In this document: piece after piece, positions 38,523-48,423 of the stretch | Numbering within the stretch: position 1 is the first letter of the stretch | How the letters are laid out: each line of letters begins with the position of its first letter | NCBI GenBank assembly: GCA_040905365.1 | Contig: JBBDRQ010000061.1 | Coordinates: forward strand, 21,079 to 85,078 | DNA length: 64,000 nt | Origin: Actinomycetota bacterium | GTDB taxonomy: Bacteria; Actinomycetota; CADDZG01; JAHWKV01 | Direction of reading: 5' to 3' | Made by a program: the position numbers and the translations under genes | The notes under the pieces: model-generated | Database searches by the model: none | Told to the model about the DNA's origin: nothing | The model's input: the letters and a program-made list of their open reading frames with translations, nothing else

Positions 38523-40228
38523 CAAAACAGGAAGTACCGCTGGGCCATCGGGAGCTCGACCGCCGGGTCGGCGTCTATGGCCTCTCCGTCGATGGTCACA
38601 GTGAATGTATCGGGCTCCACCTCGATTCGGGGTAGAGCGTCGTTTTGGGGCATGTCGGCTTTGCCGCGCTTGCGCACGTCTGAGACCGGAACCACCCTGC
38701 GATTTAGCTGGAGCGTCTCGGCAATCCCGCCTTCGAGCGCGGCCGGCGCCACAAAGGCGACGCTCGTCTTGCCGGCCGCGACGCCGTAGGCTCCGAACAT
38801 CGGCCGGGGCAGTACCGGCTGCGGCGTGGGAATCGATGCGTTGGCGTCGCCCATGGCAGCCCAGGCGATCATGCCGCCCTTGACTACCACATGGGGCCGG
38901 ACACCGAAGAACGCCGGGTCCCACAGCACCAGGTCCGCCAGCTTGCCTGGTTCGACCGAACCCACCTCGGCCTCGAGCCCGTGGGCCACGGCGGGGCAGA
39001 TCGTGTACTTGGCCACGTAACGCCGGGCCCGGCGGTTGTCGGCGGGGCCGTCGCCCGGCAGGGATCCCCGCCTATGTTTCATGCAGTGCGCGGTCTGCCA
39101 GGTTCTCGACACCACCTCGGCAACCCGGCCCATGGCCTGGGCGTCGGAGCCGATCATGGAGATGGCGCCCATATCGTGCAGGACGTCCTCTGCGGCGATC
39201 GTCGACGGCCGGATCCGGCTCTCGGCAAAGGCCAAATCCTCGGGAACTGCAGGGTTGAGGTGGTGGCAGACCATGAGCATGTCGAAGTGCTCGTCGATGG
39301 TGTTGCGCGTGTGCGGCCGGGTCGGGTTGGTCGACGACGGCAGGAAGTTGGGCTGCCCGGCTACGGTGATGATGTCGGGGGCGTGCCCGCCGCCCGCCCC
39401 TTCGGTGTGATAGGCGTGAATGCTGCGTCCCGCCGCTGCCGCTATCGTGTCCTCCACGAAGCCGGCTTCGTTCAAGGTGTCGGTGTGCACCGCCACCTGG
39501 ACGCCCGCTTCGTCGGCGACGCTTAGGCAGGCGTCGATGGCGGCCGGTGTGGTGCCCCAGTCCTCGTGCAGCTTGAGCCCGCTGGCGCCACCCCGCAACT
39601 GCTCCCACATGGCCTCGGCAGAGGTCGTGTTGCCCTTGCCCAGCAGGGCTATGTTGATCGGCCAGGGGTCTATGGCCTCCAGCATTCGACGCAGGTGCCA
39701 GGCACCGGGGGTGACAGTGGTGGCCTTCGACCCCTCCGCCGGACCCGTGCCTCCGCCGACGATGGTGGTGATGCCGGTACCCAGCGCCTCCTCAAAGATT
39801 TGGGGGCACACCAGGTGTACGTGACAGTCGATCGCCCCAGGGGTGAGGATTTTGCCGTTGCCGGCGATTACCTCCGTGCCGGGGCCGATCACCAGCTCCG
39901 GGCTGACGCCGTCCATGGTGTCGGGGTTGCCGGCCTTGCCGATACCTGCGATGCGGCCGTCGGCAATGCCTACATCCGCTTTGATGATTCCCCAATGGTC
40001 GAGGATGAGGGCACCGGTTATTACGGTGTCGAGCGCCCCCTCGGCCCGGGTGGCGCGGGACTGGCCCATCGATTCGCGAACCACCTTGCCGCCGCCGAAC
40101 ACCGCCTCGTCGCCGCCGGCACACAGGTCCTGTTCTACCTCGATGAGCAGGTTGGTGTCGGCAAGCCTGATGCGGTCCCCGGTAGTGGGGCCGAATAGGG
40201 CGTTGTAGTGGGAGCGGTCCAACTGCAT
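38522..40228 (-). CDS. ureC: Urease alpha subunit
   Basis: 568 aa with an amidohydrolase fold, His ligands, and the MVCHHL and GSD motifs. Confidence 0.95.
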   Translation of the reverse strand: MQLDRSHYNALFGPTTGDRIRLADTNLLIEVEQDLCAGGDEAVFGGGKVVRESMGQSRATRAEGALDTVITGALILDHWGIIKADVGIADGRIAGIGKAGNPDTMDGVSPELVIGPGTEVIAGNGKILTPGAIDCHVHLVCPQIFEEALGTGITTIVGGGTGPAEGSKATTVTPGAWHLRRMLEAIDPWPINIALLGKGNTTSAEAMWEQLRGGASGLKLHEDWGTTPAAIDACLSVADEAGVQVAVHTDTLNEAGFVEDTIAAAAGRSIHAYHTEGAGGGHAPDIITVAGQPNFLPSSTNPTRPHTRNTIDEHFDMLMVCHHLNPAVPEDLAFAESRIRPSTIAAEDVLHDMGAISMIGSDAQAMGRVAEVVSRTWQTAHCMKHRRGSLPGDGPADNRRARRYVAKYTICPAVAHGLEAEVGSVEPGKLADLVLWDPAFFGVRPHVVVKGGMIAWAAMGDANASIPTPQPVLPRPMFGAYGVAAGKTSVAFVAPAALEGGIAETLQLNRRVVPVSDVRKRGKADMPQNDALPRIEVEPDTFTVTIDGEAIDADPAVELPMAQRYFLF

Positions 40229-40231
40229 GTC

Positions 40232-40570
40232 TTAGTTTCCTTTCGGGTCCAAGGCGCCGGCCGCCTCGCCTCGCAGTCCGTAGATGATGCGCCGTCCGCC
40301 GAACGGCACCAGCTCTACCTCGGAGACGATTCCCGGCTCAAATCGCACCGCGGTCCCGGCGGCGATGTTGAGGCGCATGCCCCACCCGGCGCCGCGGTCG
40401 AACGACAGTGCCGGGTTGGCCTCCGCAAAGTGGTAGTGCGACCCGACCTGGATGGGCCTGTCGCCGGTATTCGACACCCGAACCCGGGTAACCGGCTTGC
40501 CGGCGTTGATCGTCACGGGATCGATTCCTACGATGACTTCACCGGGAATCACGGGTTGAGAATCGCTCAT
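40232..40570 (-). CDS. ureB: Urease beta subunit
   Basis: 112 aa; UreB family. Confidence 0.9.
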   Translation of the reverse strand: MSDSQPVIPGEVIVGIDPVTINAGKPVTRVRVSNTGDRPIQVGSHYHFAEANPALSFDRGAGWGMRLNIAAGTAVRFEPGIVSEVELVPFGGRRIIYGLRGEAAGALDPKGN

Positions 40571-40869
40571 GAGACCGGCTCGTGCAGGGTCACCAGCTTG
40601 GTGCCGTCCGGGAAAGTCGCCTCCACCTGCACCTCGGGAATCATCTCGGGCACCCCCTCCATTACGTCGGTGCGACCGAGCACACTGCGGCCGCTCTCCA
40701 TCAGGTCGGCGACAGTTCTGCCGTCCCGGGCTCCTTCGAGGACAAAGGAGGTCAGCAGAGCCACCGCCTCCGGGTGGTTGAGCTTCAAGCCCCGGTCCCG
40801 GCGCTGTTGAGCCAGGTTCGCCGCGACGTGGATGAGCAGGCGCTCCTGCTCGTGTACGGAAAGTCTCAT
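40567..40869 (-). CDS. ureA: Urease gamma subunit
   Basis: 100 aa; [17 protein letters not shown]. Confidence 0.9.
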   Translation of the reverse strand: MRLSVHEQERLLIHVAANLAQQRRDRGLKLNHPEAVALLTSFVLEGARDGRTVADLMESGRSVLGRTDVMEGVPEMIPEVQVEATFPDGTKLVTLHEPVS

Positions 40870-40890
40870 ATTCTCCTCACGCGCATGTCG

Positions 40891-41586
40891 TCAAATGAGT
40901 AGTAGTTGTCGCATCTCGGCGTCGTCCAGGTCCTCGGTGCGGCCGGCCGAAGCCACCATCCCGGCGTCCAGGATCGCGTAGTGCTCGGCGAGCCGCAGCG
41001 CAAACTCCATGTACTGCTCCACCAGCACAATAGTCATGCCCGACGCTGCGCTGAGGCCGGCAACGGCGTCCTCGATCTCCATGATGATCGACGGCTGGAT
41101 GCCCTCGGTCGGCTCGTCGAGGATCAGCAGCTTGGGTTTGGTGACCAGCGCCCGCGCTATCGCCAGTTGGGCGGCTTCTCCGCCGGATAGAAAACCGGCC
41201 TTTCGAGCCATCAGCTTTTTCAACCTGGGGAACAGGTCGAGGGCCTCGTCAACGTCGGCCTTGGTGGAGCGGTCCGACGCGTTGCTCACCACCTTCAGGC
41301 TTTCGAGCACCGTCAACTGCGGAAAGCCTCCTCGGGTCTGCGGTACGTAGGCCATTCCGGCCTGGACCCGCTGATAAGGGTGCATCTTGCCCATATCCTT
41401 GCCCTCGAAGAGGATCTTTCCTCGGGTAGGCCGCAGGATCCCCATAATGGCGTTGAGCAACGTCGTCTTTCCCACGCCGTTGCGGCCCATTATGCAGAAC
41501 AGTTCCCCGGCGGCCACTTCGAGGTTGACGTCGAACAGAACCTGAGTAGGTCCGTAGGCCACATCCAGGTGATCAACCTTGAGCAT
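40891..41586 (-). CDS. urtE: Urea ABC transporter ATP-binding protein UrtE
   Basis: Walker A GRNGVGKT. The internal ATG overlaps the urtD stop (TGATG). The ORF-track extension to 42495 is spurious. Confidence 0.85.
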   Translation of the reverse strand: MLKVDHLDVAYGPTQVLFDVNLEVAAGELFCIMGRNGVGKTTLLNAIMGILRPTRGKILFEGKDMGKMHPYQRVQAGMAYVPQTRGGFPQLTVLESLKVVSNASDRSTKADVDEALDLFPRLKKLMARKAGFLSGGEAAQLAIARALVTKPKLLILDEPTEGIQPSIIMEIEDAVAGLSAASGMTIVLVEQYMEFALRLAEHYAILDAGMVASAGRTEDLDDAEMRQLLLI

Positions 41587-42356
41587 CACTGCACCGGCTC
41601 CTGAGTGCGGCGGTCGTGGGCCCTGCCCAGGTAGACCTCCTGCACCAGCGGATCCGCCTGGACGTCGGCCACGGCCCCTTCCTTGAGCAGCTTGCCCTCG
41701 TGCATAACGGTTACCTTGCTGGCAAAGCGCCGGACGAAGTCCATGTCGTGCTCGATTACGACCAGTGTCCGTGTCTTGGCGATCTGCTGTAGAAGCGCCC
41801 CCGTCTTGGTTCGCTCGGTCTTGCTCATGCCGGCGACCGGCTCGTCGAGTAGCAGCAACTGCGGATCCTGGACTAGCAGCATCCCGATCTCCAGCCACTG
41901 CTTCTGGCCGTGTGACAGTACACCGGCGGGCTGTTCGGCGTATTCGCTCAGCCCGATCGTGGTCAGGGATTCGTCCACTTCCGGGAGCACGCCGTGGCGG
42001 CGCTTGAACAGCTTGCGCAGGGGTTGGCGAAAGTTGGCCGCGAGATCCAGGTTCTCCAGTACGGTCAGCTCCTCGAACACGTTGGCCTTTTGAAAGGTGC
42101 GGCCTATGCCCAGCCTGACGATTTCGAACTCTCGCCTTAGCAGCAGGTTGCGGCCGGCAAAGTCGACCGAGCCGGCGCTCGGTGTCACCAGCCCGGTAAT
42201 GGCGTCGATGAGCGTGGTCTTGCCCGCGCCGTTGGGCCCGATGAGAAAGCGCAGCTCGCCCTCGAAGACGTCGAAATCCAGGCCGTCGATGGCCTTGAAG
42301 CCCTCGAAGTCGACCTGCAGGCCCCGTATTTCCAGCAGCGACTGCCCTAAGGTCAT
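41586..42356 (-). CDS. urtD: Urea ABC transporter ATP-binding protein UrtD
   Basis: Walker A GPNGAGKT; ABC signature LSHGQKQ. Confidence 0.85.
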   Translation of the reverse strand: MTLGQSLLEIRGLQVDFEGFKAIDGLDFDVFEGELRFLIGPNGAGKTTLIDAITGLVTPSAGSVDFAGRNLLLRREFEIVRLGIGRTFQKANVFEELTVLENLDLAANFRQPLRKLFKRRHGVLPEVDESLTTIGLSEYAEQPAGVLSHGQKQWLEIGMLLVQDPQLLLLDEPVAGMSKTERTKTGALLQQIAKTRTLVVIEHDMDFVRRFASKVTVMHEGKLLKEGAVADVQADPLVQEVYLGRAHDRRTQEPVQ

Positions 42357-43498
42357 TTGGCCGAAATCCTCGCAGGCTCGGCAATACCGGTGCTGGGCGG
42401 CTCGGCGACCGTGGAACCGTCAGTCTGCGGCTGTCCGGCGATACCAGTGCGTCGCTTGAAGAGCTTCGCCAGGCCCGCAAGCCCCTTGGGCGCAAACGCG
42501 ATTACCACCACGAACAGCAGCCCCTGCAGGTACAGCCAGCCGCCCGGGTACGCTTCGCTGAGCGAGGTTTTGGCGAGGTTGACCAAGACCGCGCCGATCA
42601 CCGCCCCGATCAAGGTTCCCCTTCCTCCCAGGGCGACCCAGATGACCATCTCGATAGAAGGCACCACCCCGATGGTCGCGGGCGAGATGATGCCGACCGT
42701 GGGCACGAACAACGCTCCGGCCAAGCCGGCCATGCCGGCCGAGAGGCTGAAGGCGACGACCTTGATGATCGTTGGGTTGTAGCCGAGGAACCGGACGCGG
42801 TCTTCACGGTCGCGGACCGCCATGAGCACCCTGCCGTAGCGGCTCTGCACCACCTGCCGCGCCAGCAGGTACGTAGCTCCCAAGCACAGCACCGCCACGA
42901 AGTACAGACCGCGCCGGTTGGCTGTGTTGTTCAGGTCGTAGCCCAGTATCCGGGTGATGTTGGTCAGCCCGTTGGTGCCTCCGGTCAGGGCCTGCTGACC
43001 GACCAGCAGCACCGCGAAGGCGGCGACTAGTGCCTGGCTCATGATGGCGAAGTAGGGGCCGCGCACCCGCCGGCGGAACACCGCGGCACCCAGAGCTGCC
43101 GCCACGGCCATCGGTACGAGTATCGCCGCAGGTATCGCAAACCAGGCGCTGTAGAAAGGCTTCCACAGCGTGGGCAGCTCGCGTATACCGCTCCAGGCCA
43201 TGAAGTCGGGGAGGCGGCCGGGGCCTACCTCCTGGAGTTTTAGCATCATTCCCATGCAGTAGGCGCCGAGTCCAAAGAAGACCCCCTGCCCTAGGGTCAG
43301 CATTCCGCCGTAGCCCCAGGCTATGTCGATGCCGATCGCAACGATAGCGAAGCACAGATACTTGCCCAGCAACGCCAGCCTAAATCCGCTCAATAGTGCC
43401 GGTGCGACGACCAGCAGGAGTAACCCGATCGCGAGGAAAGTCCCGCGGCGTATCCAGGCGGATCGGGTGGAGTCTTTCCGAATGCTTGCAATGCTCAT
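42353..43498 (-). CDS. urtC: Urea ABC transporter permease UrtC
   Basis: Branched-chain amino acid/urea permease family. Confidence 0.8.
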   Translation of the reverse strand: MSIASIRKDSTRSAWIRRGTFLAIGLLLLVVAPALLSGFRLALLGKYLCFAIVAIGIDIAWGYGGMLTLGQGVFFGLGAYCMGMMLKLQEVGPGRLPDFMAWSGIRELPTLWKPFYSAWFAIPAAILVPMAVAAALGAAVFRRRVRGPYFAIMSQALVAAFAVLLVGQQALTGGTNGLTNITRILGYDLNNTANRRGLYFVAVLCLGATYLLARQVVQSRYGRVLMAVRDREDRVRFLGYNPTIIKVVAFSLSAGMAGLAGALFVPTVGIISPATIGVVPSIEMVIWVALGGRGTLIGAVIGAVLVNLAKTSLSEAYPGGWLYLQGLLFVVVIAFAPKGLAGLAKLFKRRTGIAGQPQTDGSTVAEPPSTGIAEPARISAK

Positions 43499-44376
43499 GT
43501 CAGAGCCCTGCTGCGCATCACGAACATCCCCTGGGGACGAATCTGCAGGAACGCTGCTATAGCTAGGAACACCACTACCTTGGCGATGCTGGCCCCGGTG
43601 CTGAACTCTACGAAGGAGTTGAGCAGGCCCAGGGCTGTCGCGGCAATGATTGCCCCGCGCACCTGACCGAGCCCGCCGACCACGACTACCAAGAACGCGT
43701 CGACGATGTAAAACGTGCCCAAGGCGGGTCCGGTGGAGCCGATCAGGGTAAGCGCGACTCCTGCGATCCCGGCCAGCCCCGAGCCGATGAAGAAGGTCAT
43801 CCGGTCGATGCCGTGAGTCTTGAGGCCGCTACAGGAGGCCAACTGGCGATTTTGCATCACGGCCCGCATGCGGGCTCCTTGGGGGAGCCGGTTTAGAAAC
43901 AGCCAGATGCCCACCACGCACAACACCACCAGCGCCATGATGAACATCCGCGAGATCGCGATCTGGGCACCCGCCAGTGTCACACTGCCTCCCAGCCACT
44001 GTGGTGCTCTCACCTGGACGTTGGGGGCGCCGAAGATGTCCCGGGCCAGTTGCTGCAATATCAAGCTGACCCCCCAGGTGACCAGCAGCGTGTCCAGCGG
44101 CCGTCCGTAGAGACGCCGGATCAACACCATCTCGAGAATCAGGCCGAAGGTGCCGGCCACCGCAAAGGCGACCGGCACCGCGACCAGCAGCGAGATGTCC
44201 TGGCCCAGGGAGTTCTGCAGGACGTAGGCCGTGTAGGCTCCGGCCATGATGAACTCTCCGTGGGCCATGTTGATCACGCCCATCTGCCCGAAGGTGAACG
44301 TGAGCCCCAGGGCGATGAGAATCAGGACCGAGCCTATGCTCAGCCCGGACAGCAGCTGTCCTGCAAATGCCTCCAT
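43495..44376 (-). CDS. urtB: Urea ABC transporter permease UrtB
   Basis: Branched-chain amino acid/urea permease family. Confidence 0.8.
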   Translation of the reverse strand: MEAFAGQLLSGLSIGSVLILIALGLTFTFGQMGVINMAHGEFIMAGAYTAYVLQNSLGQDISLLVAVPVAFAVAGTFGLILEMVLIRRLYGRPLDTLLVTWGVSLILQQLARDIFGAPNVQVRAPQWLGGSVTLAGAQIAISRMFIMALVVLCVVGIWLFLNRLPQGARMRAVMQNRQLASCSGLKTHGIDRMTFFIGSGLAGIAGVALTLIGSTGPALGTFYIVDAFLVVVVGGLGQVRGAIIAATALGLLNSFVEFSTGASIAKVVVFLAIAAFLQIRPQGMFVMRSRALT

Positions 44377-44403
44377 CGGCTCTCTACTGCCAATCCACGA
44401 GGA

Positions 44404-45708
44404 CTAGGCGCACGGGTATGGGTCCTGGGCTTCCCGAAACTCCTCGGCCCACTCATAGTCCTCCAGGCAGGGGTCGGGTTCGATCGGTCCGTCCGATCCG
44501 TCGATCTGCGTGATCTGCCCGTCTTCGCCTATGAGCCCGATGCGGGCGGTCTTGAACAAGTGCTGCGTCTTTCCGTGCACGGTTACCGGACCTTCCGGGG
44601 CGGCGAATTCCAGTCCCGCCGCAGCTTCCCGCACCGAGTCCTTGTCGGTGGAGCCGGCCTTTTCTACCGCCATCGCCCATAAGTTGACGCTTACGTAGCC
44701 GGCTTCCATCGGGTCGGAGGTCACCGTGTCGTCGCCGTACTTCGCCTTGTACGCCTCGACGAAAGCGGCGTTTTCAGGCGTGTCGGTGGTCTGGTAGTAG
44801 TTCCATGCCGCCAGGTGCCCGGCTAAGAATTCGGGACCGATCGCTCGTACCGCCTCCTCCTCGACGCTTACCGACATGATGGGCACGTCGTCGGGGCTGA
44901 TTCCCTTGGTCTTCCACTCCTTGAAAAAGGCCGTGTTGGTGTCGCCGTTGAGGGTGTTGAAGATCGCGTCGGGCTCGGTGCCGACCACCTTGTTCACAAG
45001 GGTCGATACGTTCTGGTCGCCCAGCGGTATGTACTCCTCGCCGACGATCTCGATATCGTTGGCCGCGGCGTACGCCTTGATCTCCTCGTTGGCGGTGCGT
45101 GGAAAGACGTAATCGCTTCCGACGAGGAAGATCTCGGACTTGCCCTGTTCCTTCAGGTACTCCATGCCCGGCAGGATCTGTTGGTTGGTGGTGGCGCCGG
45201 TGTAGAAGATGTTGGGGGACTGCTCCATGCCCTCGTACTGCACCGGGTACCACAGCAAACCGTCTTTGGATTCGAACACGGGCAGCATGGCCTTGCGGCT
45301 CGCCGAGGTCCAGCCGCCAAAGACCGTGGCTACTCGGTCCGAGCACAGCAGTTTTTCGGCCTTTTCAGCAAAGGTGGGCCAGTCGGAGGCGCCATCTTCG
45401 ATTATCGGCTCGATCTGCTTGCCGAGGACGCCGCCGGCCTCGTTGATCTGCTCGATGGCGAGCAGCTGGGAGTTGTGTACGGTGACCTCGCTGATGGCCA
45501 TGGTCCCGCTCAAGGACTGCAGCACACCTACCTTGATGGTGTCGCCCTGGTCGCCGGAGTGGTCGCAGGACGCGGCAGTAGCCAGTCCGTTTTCGCCGCC
45601 CGTATCGGCGCAGGCGCTCCCCAGCAACATGATGACCAGCAGGCCTCCAAGCCACCCCCTTCGCGGCAAAGCTCTGTTCAATCTGTCCCCCTTTGGTGTG
45701 CCGTGCAT
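44404..45708 (-). CDS. urtA: Urea-binding periplasmic lipoprotein UrtA
   Basis: Signal peptide with LLGSAC lipobox. Periplasmic binding protein fold. Confidence 0.85.
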   Translation of the reverse strand: MHGTPKGDRLNRALPRRGWLGGLLVIMLLGSACADTGGENGLATAASCDHSGDQGDTIKVGVLQSLSGTMAISEVTVHNSQLLAIEQINEAGGVLGKQIEPIIEDGASDWPTFAEKAEKLLCSDRVATVFGGWTSASRKAMLPVFESKDGLLWYPVQYEGMEQSPNIFYTGATTNQQILPGMEYLKEQGKSEIFLVGSDYVFPRTANEEIKAYAAANDIEIVGEEYIPLGDQNVSTLVNKVVGTEPDAIFNTLNGDTNTAFFKEWKTKGISPDDVPIMSVSVEEEAVRAIGPEFLAGHLAAWNYYQTTDTPENAAFVEAYKAKYGDDTVTSDPMEAGYVSVNLWAMAVEKAGSTDKDSVREAAAGLEFAAPEGPVTVHGKTQHLFKTARIGLIGEDGQITQIDGSDGPIEPDPCLEDYEWAEEFREAQDPYPCA

Positions 45709-45732
45709 GATCAGTGCATGCTCATTGCGCGA

Positions 45733-45770
45733 GGTTTCCCGGGAGTTTCGACGGTGTTAATAGCTTGTAA
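45733..45770 (-). promoter_or_regulatory. GlnR-type nitrogen-regulator box: GTTAC-N6-TTAAC-N6-GAAAC-N6-GAAAC on the urtA strand
   Basis: Four pentamer repeats with 11-bp phasing, 25-62 bp upstream of urtA. Matches the actinobacterial GlnR box gTnAc-n6-GaAAc. Confidence 0.5.
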
Positions 45771-45834
45771 CGGTTGATTTAACGGGAGGGACGCTGCGGT
45801 GGGACGCGCGCAGTCGGCGATATAGCGGCTTCGC

Positions 45835-46500
45835 TTGCCAACCGACCCTTCCTGCCCTGAGTATTGGCGCATGGAACGAACCGGCTCGGCCGCCGCACAC
45901 AACGAGCAGGCCGATACCGGGCTGTCCGCCGATGATCTCGAGCGGTTTGAACAGGAGGCTCTGCCGCTGGCCGACACGCTCTACGGCGGTGCGCTGCGCA
46001 TGACGCGCAATCCGGCGGACGCGGCAGACTTGGTGCAGGAAACGTTCCTGCGAGCGTTTAGATCCTGGAGGCAGTTTCAGCCCGGCACCAACCTGAAGGC
46101 TTGGATGTACCGGATACTGACCAACCTGTACATAAGCTCGTACCGGAGCAAGCAAAGAGAGCCCCAGATAATTTCGGCGGCCGATTCGGCCGATTTCGAC
46201 CTGTACCAGACGCTGATGACCTACAGTCCGCGCGCGAGCCGGTCCGCCGAATCCATCGTGTTGGAGTCGCTGGGCGACGAAGACATACAGCAAGCGCTGA
46301 CGGACCTGTCCGATGATTTTCGGATCGCCGTCGTGCTGGCCGACATCGAAGGGTTCTCCTATAAAGAGATCGCCGATATGCTGGATATACCAATTGGTAC
46401 CGTGATGTCCCGGCTGCATCGTGGAAGAAAAGCGCTCCAGAAATCGTTGTGGGGATTGGCTGAACAGCGCGGCTTGATCGGTGCAGGAGGCAAGGAGTGA
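45835..46500 (+). CDS. sigH: ECF sigma factor SigH-like
   Basis: Regions 2 and 4. Followed by a zinc-binding anti-sigma factor. The start may be the internal ATG (MERTG). Confidence 0.8.
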   Translation: MPTDPSCPEYWRMERTGSAAAHNEQADTGLSADDLERFEQEALPLADTLYGGALRMTRNPADAADLVQETFLRAFRSWRQFQPGTNLKAWMYRILTNLYISSYRSKQREPQIISAADSADFDLYQTLMTYSPRASRSAESIVLESLGDEDIQQALTDLSDDFRIAVVLADIEGFSYKEIADMLDIPIGTVMSRLHRGRKALQKSLWGLAEQRGLIGAGGKE

Positions 46501-46745
46501 CTGGATCTCGGTGTGAAGAGTTGGTGGGGAAGCTTTACCAACTCTTGGACGGCGAGATCACTGAGGATCAGGCCGAGTACCTTCAAAAGCACTTGGAGGA
46601 GTGCGGCGCCTGTCTGGAGCGCCTCGGTGTAGAGATGCACTTCACCATGCTGCTGAGGGCACGGTGCCGACAGGAGGCTGCCTGTCCGGACAAACTGCTG
46701 GTGAGCATCCGCGACGCGCTGCACGCGGAGATCAAGTTCGAGTAG
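46497..46745 (+). CDS. rshA: Zinc-binding anti-sigma factor RshA/RsrA-like
   Basis: [13 protein letters not shown]-x3-C-x2-C motif. 82 aa. 4-nt overlap with sigH. Confidence 0.8.
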   Translation: MTGSRCEELVGKLYQLLDGEITEDQAEYLQKHLEECGACLERLGVEMHFTMLLRARCRQEAACPDKLLVSIRDALHAEIKFE

Positions 46746-46775
46746 CCGGACGCCCGAACTCCGAATGCGCTCTTT

Positions 46776-47960
46776 CTAAGACCCTTCGATGATCGCGCCC
46801 AGCTCGAAGTGGTGGCCGTCCGGGGGCGACCACCGACCGCCCCACCTAAAGCCCCATCGCTCGAAGATGGCGACTATCCGTGGGTCCATTTTGGGTGTTT
46901 GGCCCTTAGGATTGTCCGCGACGTTGATGTCGAAGGCCAACCCCCACGCGTGCATGGACAGCGGGCGGGTTCCGTCCCTGTCGATGAATCGGGGCACGTG
47001 GCAGCCGCCGTACTGGTCCGGTTTGATCAGGTCGGTCAGTCCGGCATCCTGGATTTGCTTGAGCGCACCATCGAGTTGGGGAAGCAGCACCCGATGGCAG
47101 CGCACCCGGCCCAGCAGGGGCATGTTGGCGCTTGTTATGTGGGAGCGCACCCACCCGGGATCCTGGACGATCGTCCCGTTTTCATTGGTGGTGTAGGTAA
47201 AACTTCCGATTGCTTGCCGGGCTGACGATCCGGCCAGGAACCGTTTTGGCTCTGGGGGCTGAAGGCGGTCGACGGCGGCGTCCGGGAAACTCGCACCGAG
47301 TCTTTGCGCCACGGTGTCGACCCCGGCGCCGGAATCTAGCGCGATCAGCAGCAATCGGGGAGCACCAAGCCCGAGTTCCTCGGCGAGCCCGAGCGACATC
47401 ATGGCTCCGGCTAGGTTGGGGACCCCGCTGGAGGCCAGTCCGCCGATTTTGAGCACCTTTCTTCCTGCGGGCCCCCTGGCCGCGAGGGTCCTCAATTCCC
47501 GGCCCCCGAAAACCGGATACTGCTCATGGGCGATCAACGTCTCGAACTTGTACAGACCTTCCCAAACAAACTTCGTTTGTGCCGTCGACTCCGGCGCTAG
47601 CGGCCTAAATTCTTTGGGCTCGACCGCGGCGATGCTTACGTCCGCGTCGCCTCCGGGTACCTCCACCGTCAGGTTGGCCAGCAACAGCCTGGCCGCGGTT
47701 GCCACCCCGTCCACGGAAGCGGCTTTGGTAACCGTCTCGTCGGTGGCCGCTTCGGTGAGGGTTATCCGCAGCACGGGTTTTACCGTCTCCACGGTTTCTT
47801 CTACGGGCACCAACAGCGGCCGTGTGGCCGGCAGGCTGGGGTCCTGCGGGGCCTCTGCGCGGTCTCTAAGCAGTATCCACGCCCCCGCCGAAACGCCGAC
47901 CACAATGGTTAGGAGTGCGGTGAGCACGGCGACCGGCCGGCGGAGTTTAATGCGTTTCAT
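46776..47960 (-). CDS. Membrane-anchored M15-family (VanY-like) zinc peptidase
   Basis: Start at MKRIKL (CAT at 47958-60 on the + strand); one TM helix; C-terminal SMHAWGLAFDIN ... DGHHFE zinc-ligand motifs. Confidence 0.7.
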   Translation of the reverse strand: MKRIKLRRPVAVLTALLTIVVGVSAGAWILLRDRAEAPQDPSLPATRPLLVPVEETVETVKPVLRITLTEAATDETVTKAASVDGVATAARLLLANLTVEVPGGDADVSIAAVEPKEFRPLAPESTAQTKFVWEGLYKFETLIAHEQYPVFGGRELRTLAARGPAGRKVLKIGGLASSGVPNLAGAMMSLGLAEELGLGAPRLLLIALDSGAGVDTVAQRLGASFPDAAVDRLQPPEPKRFLAGSSARQAIGSFTYTTNENGTIVQDPGWVRSHITSANMPLLGRVRCHRVLLPQLDGALKQIQDAGLTDLIKPDQYGGCHVPRFIDRDGTRPLSMHAWGLAFDINVADNPKGQTPKMDPRIVAIFERWGFRWGGRWSPPDGHHFELGAIIEGS

Positions 47961-48020
47961 CTCCGGCCCGTCGGCAGCCTGCGGGCAGCACCCACCGTTT
48001 TCGGCGGCGGGCATGCAATG

Positions 48021-48392
48021 TCACAGCGGCCTCCTCCCCGGGTATCCATCCTCCAGGGTGTGCCAGAAGGCGACCTCGTGCTCGCCCTCCTTCCAGCACA
48101 ACAGGATCTGCTTGCCGTCCATCTCGGCGGGAAAGTCCACAAGCCCTTCGTACAGGCTCTTGACGAGGATGCCCGCGTCCGAGAACCACTTCAGCTGCTG
48201 AGCCGCCTGGTTCGAGGCGCTTGCCCACGCGTTGGGATCGTCAGCGCCACCGTTGGTAGGCGCCTTGTCGACCGCTTCCTCCTGGTGCTGGGCGGCCTCT
48301 GTGGTCGCCCGGCGCAAGGCATGCAGGCGCCGGACCACATCCGGGAGGATCTTGTTGGCCGTAAGCTTGGTGTATCTGATATGCCCGGTCAC
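48021..48392 (-). CDS. Conserved hypothetical protein
   Basis: 123-aa ORF, divergent from pdtaS. No domain recognised. Confidence 0.5.
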   Translation of the reverse strand: MTGHIRYTKLTANKILPDVVRRLHALRRATTEAAQHQEEAVDKAPTNGGADDPNAWASASNQAAQQLKWFSDAGILVKSLYEGLVDFPAEMDGKQILLCWKEGEHEVAFWHTLEDGYPGRRPL

Positions 48393-48423
48393 GCATTCAT
48401 CTTAGCTTGGGGACGGTGAGACA

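Noticed and set aside
40891-42495. N-terminal extensions of ORF-track entries for urtE (to 42495), ureF (to 38924), the ABC-2 permease (to 53613), the formiminotransferase (to 5682) and the M15 peptidase (to 48014)
   Set aside because: The extensions run through upstream genes on the same strand in another frame and are compositionally aberrant. Internal starts that create TGATG/ATGA/TTGA junctions or follow SD sequences were used instead.
45709-45834. SigH-type autoregulatory promoter (GGAAC-N16-18-GTT) upstream of sigH
   Set aside because: Only loose matches (GGGAC ... GTC) were found, so no confident call was made.
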